Shown here: one piece after another, positions 1 to 11,770 of the stretch
How the letters are laid out: every line of letters begins with the position of its first letter
Position numbering within the stretch: position 1 is the first letter of the stretch
From: Takakia lepidozioides
Taxonomy: Eukaryota; Plantae; Bryophyta
NCBI GenBank assembly: GCA_030704615.1
Contig: CM060731.1
Coordinates: 85,808,001-85,872,000 of the forward strand
Length of the DNA stretch: 64,000 nucleotides
Direction: 5' to 3'
Notes under the pieces: model-generated
What the model was told of the DNA's origin: nothing
The model's input: the letters and a program-made list of their open reading frames with translations, nothing else
Databases searched by the model: none
Translations under genes and position numbers: made by a program

Positions 1-14
1 GAAATGTGTTGAAG

Positions 15-720
15 AAGGTGCTCATAGGTCTCCAAAGCCTCCATCCCGCGCCGTTGCTGTGCATATCCTGCAGTCATCGCACTCCACGACACCACATCTC
101 GTTCAGCCATACTGTTGAACACTCCCTTTGCACCCTCGATGCACCCACATTTTGCATACATGTCCACGAGAGTATTGTTCAGAATGACATCGGGTACAAT
201 TCCAGCTCTGACAATGTCACCATGGACCTCTTTGCCCTTTTCCAGGGCTGCCAGGCTTACGCATGCATTGCAAATACAATCAAACGTGATGTGGTTGGGC
301 TTTACCCCTTCTGCCATCATTTGATCGTAGGTCTCCAAAGCCTCCTTCCCGCGGCCTTGCTGTGCATACCCCGTAAGCATCGTTCAGCCATATTGTTGCA
401 AACTCCCTTCATTTCCTTGATGCACCCACATTTCGCGTACATGTCCACGAGGGTGATATTGCAAACTTGAACGAATGTGACCCGGTCCAACTTCACCCCT
501 TCTCCAACTTCACCCCTTCTCGCATTATTTGTTCATACGTCTCCGAAGCCTCTATACCACGCCCCCACTGTGCATATTCTCGCCCTTCCTACATCATTTG
601 CTTAAGAATAAGCTCAAGAAAGCTGCATCGGTGCTCAAGGATAGGTTGCAGAGCCTCAACCCCACGCCCCTACATTGCATATCCTGCGATCATCCCGTTC
701 CATGACATAAGTTTTCCCTA
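15..720 (-). pseudogene. PLS-class pentatricopeptide repeat (PPR) gene fragments
   Basis: The minus strand translates to DVILNNTLVDMYAKCGCIEGAKGVFNSMAERDVVSWSAMTAGYAQQ, a typical PLS-PPR motif. There is no continuous ORF. Homologous to 29310-30330. Confidence 0.85.
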
Positions 721-879
721 CTTCGGTTCGATACTACGAAAACATATGGTAGCGCGGGAGACAAAAAGAGGCCAAGTCCCAGCCCTCTGTGTTTACGGCT
801 GAAGGTGGCCAACCCTAAAGCAATTTTTTGAATTTTTTTAACTTTTTGCACTTTGTGTCATTCCATTGACACAAGTGCT

Positions 880-1311
880 TTGTTAAAGATAGATGGATGA
901 GGTCATCCACTGGATGAACCCATTCATGTATATGCCTTAAGATGCCATGTGTAGTGATATAGTCATATAAACATAGCTGTGAAACCTATTTGTAGTCATG
1001 TAATCATAAGCTTCTATGGCATGTCATCAATGTGTAGTAGTGGTGTAGTCATTTAGTCATAAGCTTATATGTCACGTGTTTGACCTGTAGTATTGCGTAT
1101 GACTACTAGTTATATAAACCAAGCATGTGTTCTTGGTGAACAATGTTTGACCACAGCTCCTAGTCATGTAGTAACATGTATGACTTCATTAGATTAAAAT
1201 ATATTAAAATGCGCCCAACAATGGGTTTCATCACTACGTAGTCACATATATAGTCATGGTTACCAAGGTTTATATTACCCGTAGTCATAAAAATGACAAT
1301 CTGTACTAGTG
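880..1311. mobile_element. CACTA/EnSpm right terminus with TAGTCA(T)-rich subterminal repeats
   Basis: Ends ...ctgtacTAGTG at 1311 with many gtagtcat/atgacta subterminal motifs. Same-orientation homolog at 31180-31703. Confidence 0.65.
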
Positions 1312-2650
1312 AGGGTGTGGTCGGAATTTTCTGGATTTAACGAATCCAACACCCTCTTAGTGGACGATTCACCACACAAGGGGAAGGGGAACTCCCCTTT
1401 GAACATGGTCCATCCATTGTCGTTTGATGTTACTGGCAATGTCAGTGAGGGGCCCGATTCAGACTACCTTTTAGAAACAGTCTGGCCCTACTGCCAAGAT
1501 TTGTTTTGCTCCAAGGATGTGCGTGTCTTCACAAGCACGCGGAAGCTGACCCCGACTGGCAGCTTGAATGCGGGAGAGGATGGGGTCGTTGGGGGAAGTG
1601 CTTCTGTGCCAATGCAGGTGAAACTAACCTTACTGTTTGCAACATGACATCGAAGCCAAATGAGATGTTTGTTTTGTTCCCGGATGCCCTTTCACGCATG
1701 GCTGGCACTATATGTTTTGCAGGGACCACAGGGAGTGGCATTGGGGTCGAATGTGAAGAAGGTGGGTCCTGCGCCAAGGACCATAGTGCTATGGCGCCAG
1801 CATTCCAGATCTGCCCCCCGGCATGAGGAGGCAGCGCCCAAGGTATGGTTTGTTCCCAGCCCCTCTCTGCAAACTTGCTTGGCTAGTTTCCTTTATGGAT
1901 ACACTTCCTGAAGCGTTGCATTGTGTGATCATTGCAGGTGAGCAAGAGGAGTGGGCTGTCCCCGGCACCATCATCGCAGCAGGACGTGGTTCCCCAGGCA
2001 TGCATTCAGGGCTCCTTGCTTTTGCCTGGTTTCTAGTAGGGTTATTTTTGCCAAGAAGTTGTAGTGTGCAGAATTTGAGCAGGGTGTTTGTTAGCTTGCT
2101 CCGTGGAGGTGTGTTTATACCATTGCAGCAACCAGAGTTTGTGTTATACTTATCCGTCTGACTAAACCTCTTTTTGCTGCTGTAGTTGAAGACACGTGGG
2201 CAGCTTTCCTCGGTTGCCTCCCTCAGCGACAAGCCTCGCTTCAAGGTACGTTGGTACACCCCGAATTTGCTGTTGATTCAGTATCGCACGTGGCAACCAA
2301 GATCATTTCCATGCCCACATGCGCTTGACTTTGACCCTGTCATTGCTATGTTTGTTGTTGAGTGGCAGTTGATGTTGGTGTCTGCAGATATCAGATCATG
2401 TGTTTCTCCTGAACCCCAATGACAAGCGGTCAAAGACAGCCGCAGCAAAGGCGAAAGTGGTGGGAATAGCCGGGGTTGACAAGTTCCACTGCAAGGACAT
2501 TCATTCCGGGTGGTACAAGGTGAAAGTCCACGAGATCATGCTTCAAGTGTTACGTTGCCTTGCCCAAATGTGACGATGCCTCCCCCCAGACCACACTAGC
2601 GCACGTGAAAGGCACGGTGACTCTGTGGCCAGAGAAGAGTAGGAGGAAAG
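1312..2650 (+). pseudogene. 5'-truncated spliced gene: FCP1/NIF-type HAD phosphatase C-terminal part plus a CACTA accessory (Tnp1/En/Spm-like) domain
   Basis: 1312-1617 reads FNESNTLLVDDSPHKGKGNSPLNMVHP (plant FCP1-homology motif). GT-AG introns follow. An exon from ~2388 reads ISDHVFLLNP...KAKVVGIAGVDKFHCKDIHSGWYKVKV...PQTTLAHVKGTVTLWP and is homologous to 7190-7450. Confidence 0.55.
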
Positions 2651-2999
2651 GTGAAAGTGTCAAGTGAGATTTCATGTTTGTAGTCCCTGTTGGGTGTGTA
2701 ATGATATTCATAGAAGTGTGTATGATACTCATGTTACCATTTTTGAACATTCGGGCCATGACAGTTTATGTAATGTCCGGCAACCATGTATGTTGGCATT
2801 TTGTCTTGCTCATACGTAGGTGTGCCGTGACGGTCTCTTATCTGAATGTGATATCACATTTTCCTGACTTGTCGTCGTGTCCGTCCACCTTCTATGTGTA
2901 TGTGTGATGGTCTTTGGTCTCCCTGGACTACGTCTATTTGGTTCATTAGCGCGATGTTGTGCATGCATCGTGGTCTGTGTTCGGAGTTTCGCCCAGTAT

Positions 3000-3783
3000 C
3001 ATTGCTTCTCAATTCCCCCTGCATATGGGTGAACCACTAAAACCACTAGAATGCATCAGAACCATACTTTTAGCTTAGAATGCAGGTCATTTGGAGAACT
3101 CGCACAAACCACTACAAGTGCTTGTTTGCAGTGCTTTCCTAGTGTAGTGCAACCAACTAGCACAGTGGCAACGGAGTTGGCCAAAGCAGTCCCGAGAGGG
3201 CACAACCACTCTGCGTCTTTCCACTAGCAGTCGTACCCCTCACTGCCATTGCATGGGGATGATGCCGCGCGTCGACCCACACACTCTCCACATGGTCCCC
3301 GTGGATTCGTCTGCCAGCAGTTCTGCAGTCGACTTCGCCAGTCGCTGTTGCCACCTGACATGTAGCACTCCAAGTTATGTGGCCGACTGCGACGTGGCGT
3401 CCTGGGCCCGTGGCCATGCGGCAGCATTGCTGTTCGTCGCGGCGCCGCCACATCGGCGTCCACGTCCGCGTCCATGTGTCACCGCGCCTCGGTGAGTCGG
3501 TCCACTCATCCGGAGGGAGAAGTCAAAGTCAGCCCAAAAGGTCAGACACACGGGCGGCCGGCCTGGTTACGCCACGTGGTTCTTCAGCATTAATCGCATT
3601 AATCGTTGAGCAGTTGTTCACGCGTCTGCGTCCTTTACCACTCCGATCATTGGATATCCAACCCAACTACCACGTCTGTTGTAACTAGTCGTTTGTAACT
3701 TCCAGTCGATCCCATTTTTTTTTACTTTTACGACTCAAAATGAGTCGTTACCCCAGTGGTAAATGACACGAATGCTTCTAGTG
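3000..3783. mobile_element. CACTA right terminus (TIR 3765-3783)
   Basis: gacacgaatgcttcTAGTG at 3765-3783 is the exact 19-bp reverse complement of cactagaagcattcgtgtc at 28832-28850. accact/agtggt subterminal motifs are present. Confidence 0.75.
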
Positions 3784-6127
3784 ATATTGATTTTAAAAAT
3801 GCCTTCGGATCTCTTGACCATGCCCGTCTCCTCGCCATTATGACAGATCTAGGATACCCAACTGATGCCATTTAACTCATCGGCAACATCTACACAGGCA
3901 GCTCCACGGAAGATGTTGGCTCTTACTATGGCTCCACCCCCCTTATCCCGATCCTGCGTGGGACGATCCAAGGCGACACCCTAAGCCCATAGTTATTCAT
4001 TATCTTTCTAGAGCCCTTATTAAGATGGATTGATCGCGGCAGACTTGGCTACCGCTACAAAACTTCCGACAACGAAATCTCGACGGAAGCCTATGCCGAC
4101 GACCTTGCCATTCTAGCCCACAAGCCTCAGCATCTCACCGACAAGTAGACAAACTATCCAGATTCAACCCATGGTCTGGCATGGAGCTAAGCCTACACAA
4201 ATGTGTTGTCACCGCTGCCATCCACCATAGCAAATTCACTAAATCCACGACTGCCTCACATTGCAAGCTGCATATCCACTACCAAAATAAAAACTTCCCC
4301 TTTCTAGGCCCTGACAAACCATATATTTATCTAGGTATACAGCTCGTCCCCTCACTCACATGGCATCTACAAAAAGCCACTATGATCTCCAAACTGACCG
4401 ATAGAAGCTTGGCTCTCCTCAAATCTCCTGTTGCCATTCGTCCCAAACTTTCCCTTATCCAATCCATACTCAAACCACAAGTCCAATGCTCTTTTCACGC
4501 GGCACCTTTCTCCCTCCCAGACATCAGATTAATTGACAAACATACTATCCAACTTACCAAACGCATTTGTGGTCTACCCACCAGCACTCCCAACGCTCTT
4601 ACCCAACTCCCAACAGATCGATACGATATTGGTACCACCCCACTAATTATCTCCTATGCGCGTACCCTGGGTACACAACTTCAAGAAGCTCTCAATGACC
4701 CAGGCCGATTGGGCCTAATATATCGGGGCCTCCTCCAATTCCTAGTAGCTAACAAATACAATGGCCTCTACTCCCTTCCTACCCTCCACCCCCAATCTTG
4801 CCGTCACTCTCCCACTGTCAGAACTCTATTCATTTTGCGCCAGCTGAACATCAGCATACAAACTGATCTCCCGGGCTACCTGAACACCATCTCCCCCCTT
4901 GAACAAGCATGGATTACCAGCTTATCTCTCTCCGAACTCAAAGCTCTCCATCCCTGCCAAAAAACACCCATCTTAGCCTACTTCAAAACCAAACACATTA
5001 CAACACTCGCTCAACTCACCATAGCCTCTGGTTATAGACTACTCTCACGCCGAGAATTTAATCTTAAATACTCCAGATCTACTGTTAAAACATGTCGGTA
5101 TCTATCTTCAATCCGAACCCTCTTCTGCCATGACCCCCTCATGTACTCTTGAGTGTGATCTACCATGCAAATTATTCCCCCATCACACCCAAGACCTTCC
5201 CCCGCAGTACGTCCGATCAAACCCGGACCCCTCTATCCTCAGTTTGATGGCAACACATCACACGCCCCCCCATCCCTCTACATCCTAACACCACCCCCTC
5301 CCACCTGACCACACTACCCCTCCCCGATGCCCGACTCTACCCCAAACATACCTACCTCCCCTGACTCTACCCCCCCCCCCCCTCACCCTCCAGCTCATTT
5401 CCCCAATAGCCCATGCAACCCGTCCTCATCCTCAAATCTGCTAAACATTAACCCAGACAACCCAGAAGCTTTCATTATTGAAGCAATTTTAGGCACCAGG
5501 ACTCAAACCACCATTGATGAATTTGACGCCATATGTCTAGACATTTTTTACCTATGCAAATGGGCTGGACACTTAATTGGCAAGCAGAGGATGACCTATT
5601 TGGGTCCCATGATGACTGTGACCTGGCCCACAACGTAGACCTACTCACCACATTCCATAAAACCACTAACACCAACTACCTAGCCCACACCCATCAGCAG
5701 CGCACCTCCCAGACACAAACCATAGACGCTCGATACGTACATAACCCCTTAGACGCTCCTGATGTACATGTCGGCATTGCCGAATGCAATCCTGACAAAG
5801 ACATACTACAAATCTCCCCCATATTGCACCGCGGCAAGCGCATGACCAAGCTTTATGCCTTTCATGGCCGCTATATCGGACTTATCCCAAATGATAGACT
5901 CACCTGGTTATGGCACATATTCTCTACCTCTAATTCCCCCCAACCCGATCACGCGAGTCAGGCAAGACTTTGCTACCGAAGTCTGTTGGCTCGTGGACCG
6001 CTATTTAAGTGATACCCCTCCAAAAAACCCCGCTCCCCCCTCAAGCTAACACAAGGCCGGTCCCACACTACCCTCCCACCCGACATCCTAGAACATCTTA
6101 TAGATTCTTTCCAAATCACACACTCTT
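3784..6127 (+). mobile_element. Degenerate non-LTR retrotransposon RT and C-terminal region (RandI/Dualen-like or L1-like)
   Basis: RT motifs IDFKNAFGSLDH, GTIQGDTLSP, LFIIFLEPLLRW, YADDLAIL and YIYLG, with stops and frameshifts. Cut by CACTA termini on both sides. Confidence 0.85.
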
Positions 6128-8082
6128 CACTAGAAGAAAAACGCGGAATAACCACTCTGTTAACCACTCATTTTGAGTGGTAAAAGACACTAAACCACTC
6201 TAGCCCCAAAGTGATGAAGAACCAGTGCATTAGGACAAGTGAGTGGTAAAAGACATTACGTGGCACCGGTGGTTAAGGACAGTGGTTCGAACCACTCACG
6301 TCCGGGTCCACCTGTTAGCTGACATGTCACTGAGGTAAACCAACCACTTATGACATGTCACAGTGGTAAACTGACGTGTCATAGTGGTAAAGTAATCACT
6401 TCCGTTTTGTAGTGGAGACGTGTAAGCCGGTGGTCTGTGGATGATATTGGAGATTATGTCGACACGTGGCGACACTCTCAGCATGGTCACGTGTCGTGTG
6501 TCAGTGCTATGAAATGGATGGAGTGAAAAATTCAATGACTTCCGAAACCACTTGTTGAGTGACCACAAAATGACTCATAGAGTCATTCTATGAAAACTGA
6601 GAATATACAATATCACTCACAAAGTGGTTATGTGAGTGGATGACGTCTCTCAGTAGGTCATTGGAATGATTACCTACAGAGTGGTGTGTAAGCTATTTGA
6701 GTCATTCATGGTGTCTCTCTGAGTGGGAACTATGGATTTGAGTCATTACTAACAGAGTGGTGTGTAAGTGATTAGGAATACCACTGGAGAATTCATACCA
6801 CTAGTACAGTAATATATATGTGACTACTTATACCACTATACAAGTGGTAATGTAGGCAATTGTGTGCATTTGGCTACTCCCACAATTTTAAATTATACCC
6901 ACTATTACAGTGATGTGCAAGTGATTATGAACATGACTAGAGGAACACATACCACTAGTGTAGTGTTTAAAGAAGTACCATTGGGGATTCAAGCTCCACA
7001 AAATAGAATAGAATCCCAGAGAGTTAAGTGCTGGAACACTGTCAACAAAATCCAGCCATGATAAAAGCACTAAGCCTAACTTCTACACGGCGTCTCCGCA
7101 TGCATGCTAGGAACACTGAACTGCTTTCATGCTTTTTTCTCACTGCTAGCAATGTCTATGCCCGGGCGAACGAAATCTAAGCCTTCTTCATGTTCTTCTC
7201 TGGCCAAAGACAAATCAGACCAACGACATCCTCCAACATTGTTTGCGGTGGGACCTCTTTCTCGTTAGGGTGAGGCAAGACATAATTGGCAATATATATC
7301 ATTCACCTCAACCCGCCACAATCCCTCAGGTATAACACTGCAGTGATATGTATCTTTGTCAGGCACACCAGTGACAATTCCACTGGCAGCCCTGTGTCGT
7401 GGTAAATGAGGATCATGTAGGCTGATTTTGTCCTTCAACTTAAACTGCACACAACACCCACCATAAAACCCACATTAATCAACCCATGAAGACATACATG
7501 TACATTGAAAACTAGATAATGGCCCAGTATAAGCAATCACTGAAAGTGTAGAGTAATATCTGTCACTGTGGCAGGGGGTTGATATTTGGGGGTTGCCTTT
7601 GAAGGCGCCGCAGATGGTGCACTGTCGGTGGCAGTATCAAGAGCGGCTTTCTCAGCCTGCAAACATCACGCCCAACACCCCTTAGTAGTTTCATTTAGCA
7701 ATGCATCTACTAATAGTTTGAAGTACCCAACATGTAAATGGCCATATTGTACAGAACTGATAGCCAACAGGTGCATGCATGCTCACCTCTAGTACGGAAA
7801 CTGCCGCATGGAGAGATGCCTCCTGAAGGCCCACCTGACTCTTACTCCCGCTAGAACTTGGTGTTATGTCACCATTTGCATCAGTCCAGGACTTTGTGCC
7901 TTTGGCAGCATTGGCTCTGGTTACACGCTCTCCTTTTCGCATGTACTTCTTTTCAGCTCTCTTCACGATGGCTGGGGCAGGGTCCTCTACTTTAGCCCCC
8001 TTCTACATGCCAACAAAACAACAAGGTATAGTACATGAGTACGTCTTACAATACCTGATGCATAGAATTCATGGCACACACC
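6128..8082. mobile_element. CACTA left arm with a minus-strand accessory-gene remnant
   Basis: Starts CACTAGAAGAAAA at 6128, with dense accact/agtggt subterminal repeats to ~6970. 7190-7450 (-) reads FKLKDKISLHDP..RAASGIVTG..YHCSVIPEGLWRVEV..PQTMLEDVVGLICLWPE. Confidence 0.75.
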
Positions 8083-8552
8083 GGGGGCTACTATTTCATG
8101 AGCCATGAGCCATGAGCCATGAGCGACATGAGCCATGAGCAGAGTCGTAAGTGTCGAAAAAAACATGAGCAGGACTATTTTCCGGAAATGAGTGTCAGCG
8201 GGAAATAGGGTTTAGGTGTCACGGTCATAGGGGGAGAAGGACCTCCCGATGAAGGAGGTTCGGCAATGTTTTTTAGAATTACATATTGAAAGGCAATGTT
8301 TCGCGAATGGTAGGGTGGTATTGCTCTGTACAATGGGGGCCCATTTCAGCCTACCAGCCACTTGCAAAATCCACCCACACTCCCAATCCCAAACGAAATG
8401 AGGAATGATGCATTCTGGGAACGATGGATATAGAATAGAACAAAAAGAGGGCACAATGGGGTTTTTATTGATCCACATGAATTGCATTTGAAGCACGTCT
8501 ACTGTGCTGATTGTGCAAACAAATCTTTAGCCCTGTGCCTTCTGAATACAAG

Positions 8553-9327
8553 TCACGTTGTCAATGGGACTTTGACTGCTCTGAGAACTAGCTCATGAGT
8601 CATCGGGCTCCTCCAGGTAAACTGGATTGCAGCTGTTGTACCGCCCCTGTTGATGTTCACCACAATGTCGTGCCCTTCAATCATACCACCATCGAATATG
8701 GAAAGCTTCACGTTTTCGTCGTCCACACCAATGCGAATGTCCCCATACAATGGAGAAGAGGAGCGCACTCCTTCAGGAGTATACATCTCTCCGATGGAGT
8801 CCACCCACGTCCACTGGCAGCACTTCCACCGCAACAGCATAGCAGTGCGCATTCTTCTGCATGGGTGCCCGTCGTAGCTGGGAAAATCGCAATCAAGGAT
8901 GCGCAGGAGCCACGGACTCCTCAGACCAAGATCGTCACCCCGCTTGAAGGCGTAGTGGCCTGGGATATACTCAAAAGCGGACAATGTTTCCACATTCGAA
9001 CCAGTATCTTCTGTGTAATCTGTGTACCAGATAACGATGTCTCCCGATGTGGCCGAATACATTGCATAATCGAAGCCTCCATAAGGGCAGTCGTCCCGGT
9101 TCCGGAAGCACGGCATCCTTGCAAAGGAGGACCTGAGGACGTCTTTGATGCCGATGACAATGACCTTGTGGACAACAACGAAGCCCTTAGATTTTCGAAA
9201 TGATGAGAAGCGGAAGAGCAGTGCGGGCTCCAATAATGGAGCATCTGGGTCCCACGTACCCACCAATCATCGTGTAACGTGTTCATCACGCCAGCGGTGG
9301 ATGAACCGATACCTCTTTCTCATCCAT
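8553..9327 (-). CDS. Unknown protein, paralog X1 (possible in-frame stop near the N-terminus)
   Basis: 237-aa ORF (8553-9266), extendable to an ATG near 9327 through one stop codon. Colinear homology to 9548-10234 supports real coding sequence. Confidence 0.65.
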
Positions 9328-9547
9328 GGGGTATAGTTTGAAATCTGCCACCGAAGTCCATCCCCCGGATGGAAATTTGGCGCCGCATTTACATCAAAGG
9401 GGGATGGACTTCGTCGTCTCGAGTGGCTATAGGCCCACCTGGCACTTACTGCCCATAGTTTGCATGGCAGGGAAGGAAACTGAAACGGCTACATTCACGG
9501 ATGAGCCAATCTTCATCCGTGCAGGTTCCTGTAGGGGGGGAATTTAA

Positions 9548-10234
9548 ATGGGCCCTGGAGTGTTTGTGAGGAATTGCAGCGTTTGCTTGAACTTCTTCCA
9601 GCCACCGCGCTACTGCCTCCTCCATCCGAGAGCTGCTGTCATTGAGCGTACTCCGCTACTCTTTTTTCAAGGATGTCGTGCCGTCAAAATCCTGCAGACT
9701 GCCCTTATCGTGGCCACGATTATGCTATGTTCAAACCAAAATCAGGAGACATCATTGTCTGGCTCTCTGTTTTCACAGACGCGTCTTTGCGCGCAATGGA
9801 GTATTTGGAGGGCTATTACCGCTTTGAGCGAGGTGAGGGCGAGGGTCAATGCGGTCCGTGGGTCCTGAAAATTGTTGACCTCGATATACCAAGGTGGGTT
9901 GGGATGTCGGATAGATCACGCACGGCCTCCCTTTGGTGCTGGAACTGCTGCCAGTGGACCAGGGAGAGGGACGGACCGGGAAAATCATATTCGTGGAGTT
10001 CACTCCGCTCTTCCAGTGTATGGAGACATTCGGTTGAGTTGCGAAGACGAATCGCACGGGCACATGAGGCCCATAGTGACCTTGTCAATGTATGATGGTG
10101 GTATGATTGATGGGCATGACATTGTCGTCGGCTCCACCAAGGGCACCAGATCGACCGCATTGCAGTTTACCTCGAGGTGCCGCATCAGTAATGAGCTTGT
10201 TTTGAGGGCTATCGAAGTTTCGTCGACTTGGTGA
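9548..10234 (+). pseudogene. Unknown protein, paralog X2 (frameshifted)
   Basis: Shares DCPYxGxDYAM, SGDIxxW, PWxLxIxDxD, WxCCQWT, PxYGDIR, DGGMIxGHDIVV and ELVLRA with X1. Split over several frames. Confidence 0.7.
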
Positions 10235-10348
10235 CGCCCATGTAGAAGGAGGAAGGGCTTAGATTTGTCTGGAGTTGCTAAATGTGAGACACCATGTTCG
10301 ATCAATAAAACAACCCATCGTACCTCACTTCTGTGTGCTTCTGTTTCA

Positions 10349-10443
10349 TTGTGTTCAAGAACTGCCGTAATTGGCCCATTGTGTTCAAGAACTGCCGTAA
10401 TTGGCCCATTGTGTTCAAGAACTGCCGTAATTGGCCCATTGTT
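10349..10443. repeat. 30-bp perfect tandem repeat, 3 copies
   Basis: ttgtgttcaagaactgccgtaattggccca repeated three times. Confidence 0.95.
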
Positions 10444-10567
10444 TACAATTTGTGGTCTCATTTCTACAATCTGTCCATATGAATATACCAGAGTCAGCGA
10501 TAGCAGAGTCTTGAGGTGAAGGAAATCCATGTATGAGTAAAAGGAAACATGTACATGCCGAAGCTCG

Positions 10568-11596
10568 GAAATTCGGCACCACATTTCATTTTTCTCCATG
10601 CAGTGATTTCTGACAGCTCCCTTTCCTCCGTTGTGGTCGTAACGGAAATGTTGTACCGCATTTCATTTCTTGACATGGCATTACCATACTTTGAATTGGA
10701 AATGCGGCACCATATTGGACCTTGAATTGTCCAAGCATGTCCAATCATTAATGCTTGTCCATGTCCATACTGGAAATGCGGCACCGCATTTCCATGTCCA
10801 TCATCGAAATTTCGTACCGGACAATGGAATGCGGCACCGCATTTCCGGAGAGCACAATGGAATGCGGTGCCACATTTCCGTCGAAGGGTCTGGAATTGGA
10901 CAAACAACGATGTCCGTTCTGAAAATGCGGCACCGCATTTCCATGTCCGTCATCAAAATTTCGTATTGGACAATGGAATGCGGTGCCGCATTTCCGTCCA
11001 ACAAGACGGAATGCCCACACGGGTCTGGAATTGGACAAACAACGATGTCTGTTTTGGAAATGCGGCGCCGCATTTCCATGTTTGGCAATCGAAAGTTCTT
11101 ATTGGACAATGTAATGCGGTGCCGCATTTCCGTCAAAGGGTCTGGAATTGGACAAACAACGATGTCCGTTTTGGAAATGCGGCGCCGCATTTCCATGTAC
11201 GTCATCGAAATTTCTTATTGGTCAATGGAATGTGGTGCTGCATTCCCGTCTAGCATCATGGAATGGGGAGCCACATTTCCGTCGATGGGTCTGCTGTTGG
11301 AAAAACGTCCATCTCCAAAATGTAAATGTGGCACCGCATTTCCATGTTCGACCTCCGCATGCGGGGTGACATATCCATTTACCTCCATGGAAGGAGCTGG
11401 CAATTGGCAAAACTGCCGTGTCGAGAACGGAAATGCGGCACCGCATTTCCGTTCGGCCGAGCAGTTTCTGATGTCCAAACCATGAAACGGAAAATTGTTC
11501 TTGCCCCGGTTTTGGAAATGCGGTGCCGCATTTCCAAAGGAGGTTTTTGCAGTTGCCACATTTCCGTTCCGACATGGAAATGCGGTGCCGCATTTC
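10568..11596. repeat. Array of ~17 palindromes GAAATGCGG-NN-CCGCATTTC in imperfect ~117-150 bp tandem units
   Basis: Copies at about 10568, 10645, 10699, 10773, 10826, 10859, 10922, 10975, 11057, 11111, 11174, 11227, 11260, 11323, 11430, 11515 and 11577. 11055-11078 and 11172-11195 are perfect 24-bp palindromes. Confidence 0.95.
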
Positions 11597-11770
11597 TGAT
11601 TTTGGGAGGGACGTGGTTTGGACGATGTTGTCGTTGAGAAGCACATGGGAGAGGGGACATGAAGGACGGGGAGAATTTCCTTTATATACTCTGGAAGAGA
11701 ATTTAAATGTACAGAGAGTTTCATTAAAATTCTATTAATCTTGAAAATCATCACTATCGTCGTCCTGTCC

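Noticed and set aside
10568-11596. CRISPR-like array (palindromic repeats with spacers)
   Set aside because: The intervening sequences are themselves repeated and vary in length, the context is eukaryotic, and no cas genes are present.
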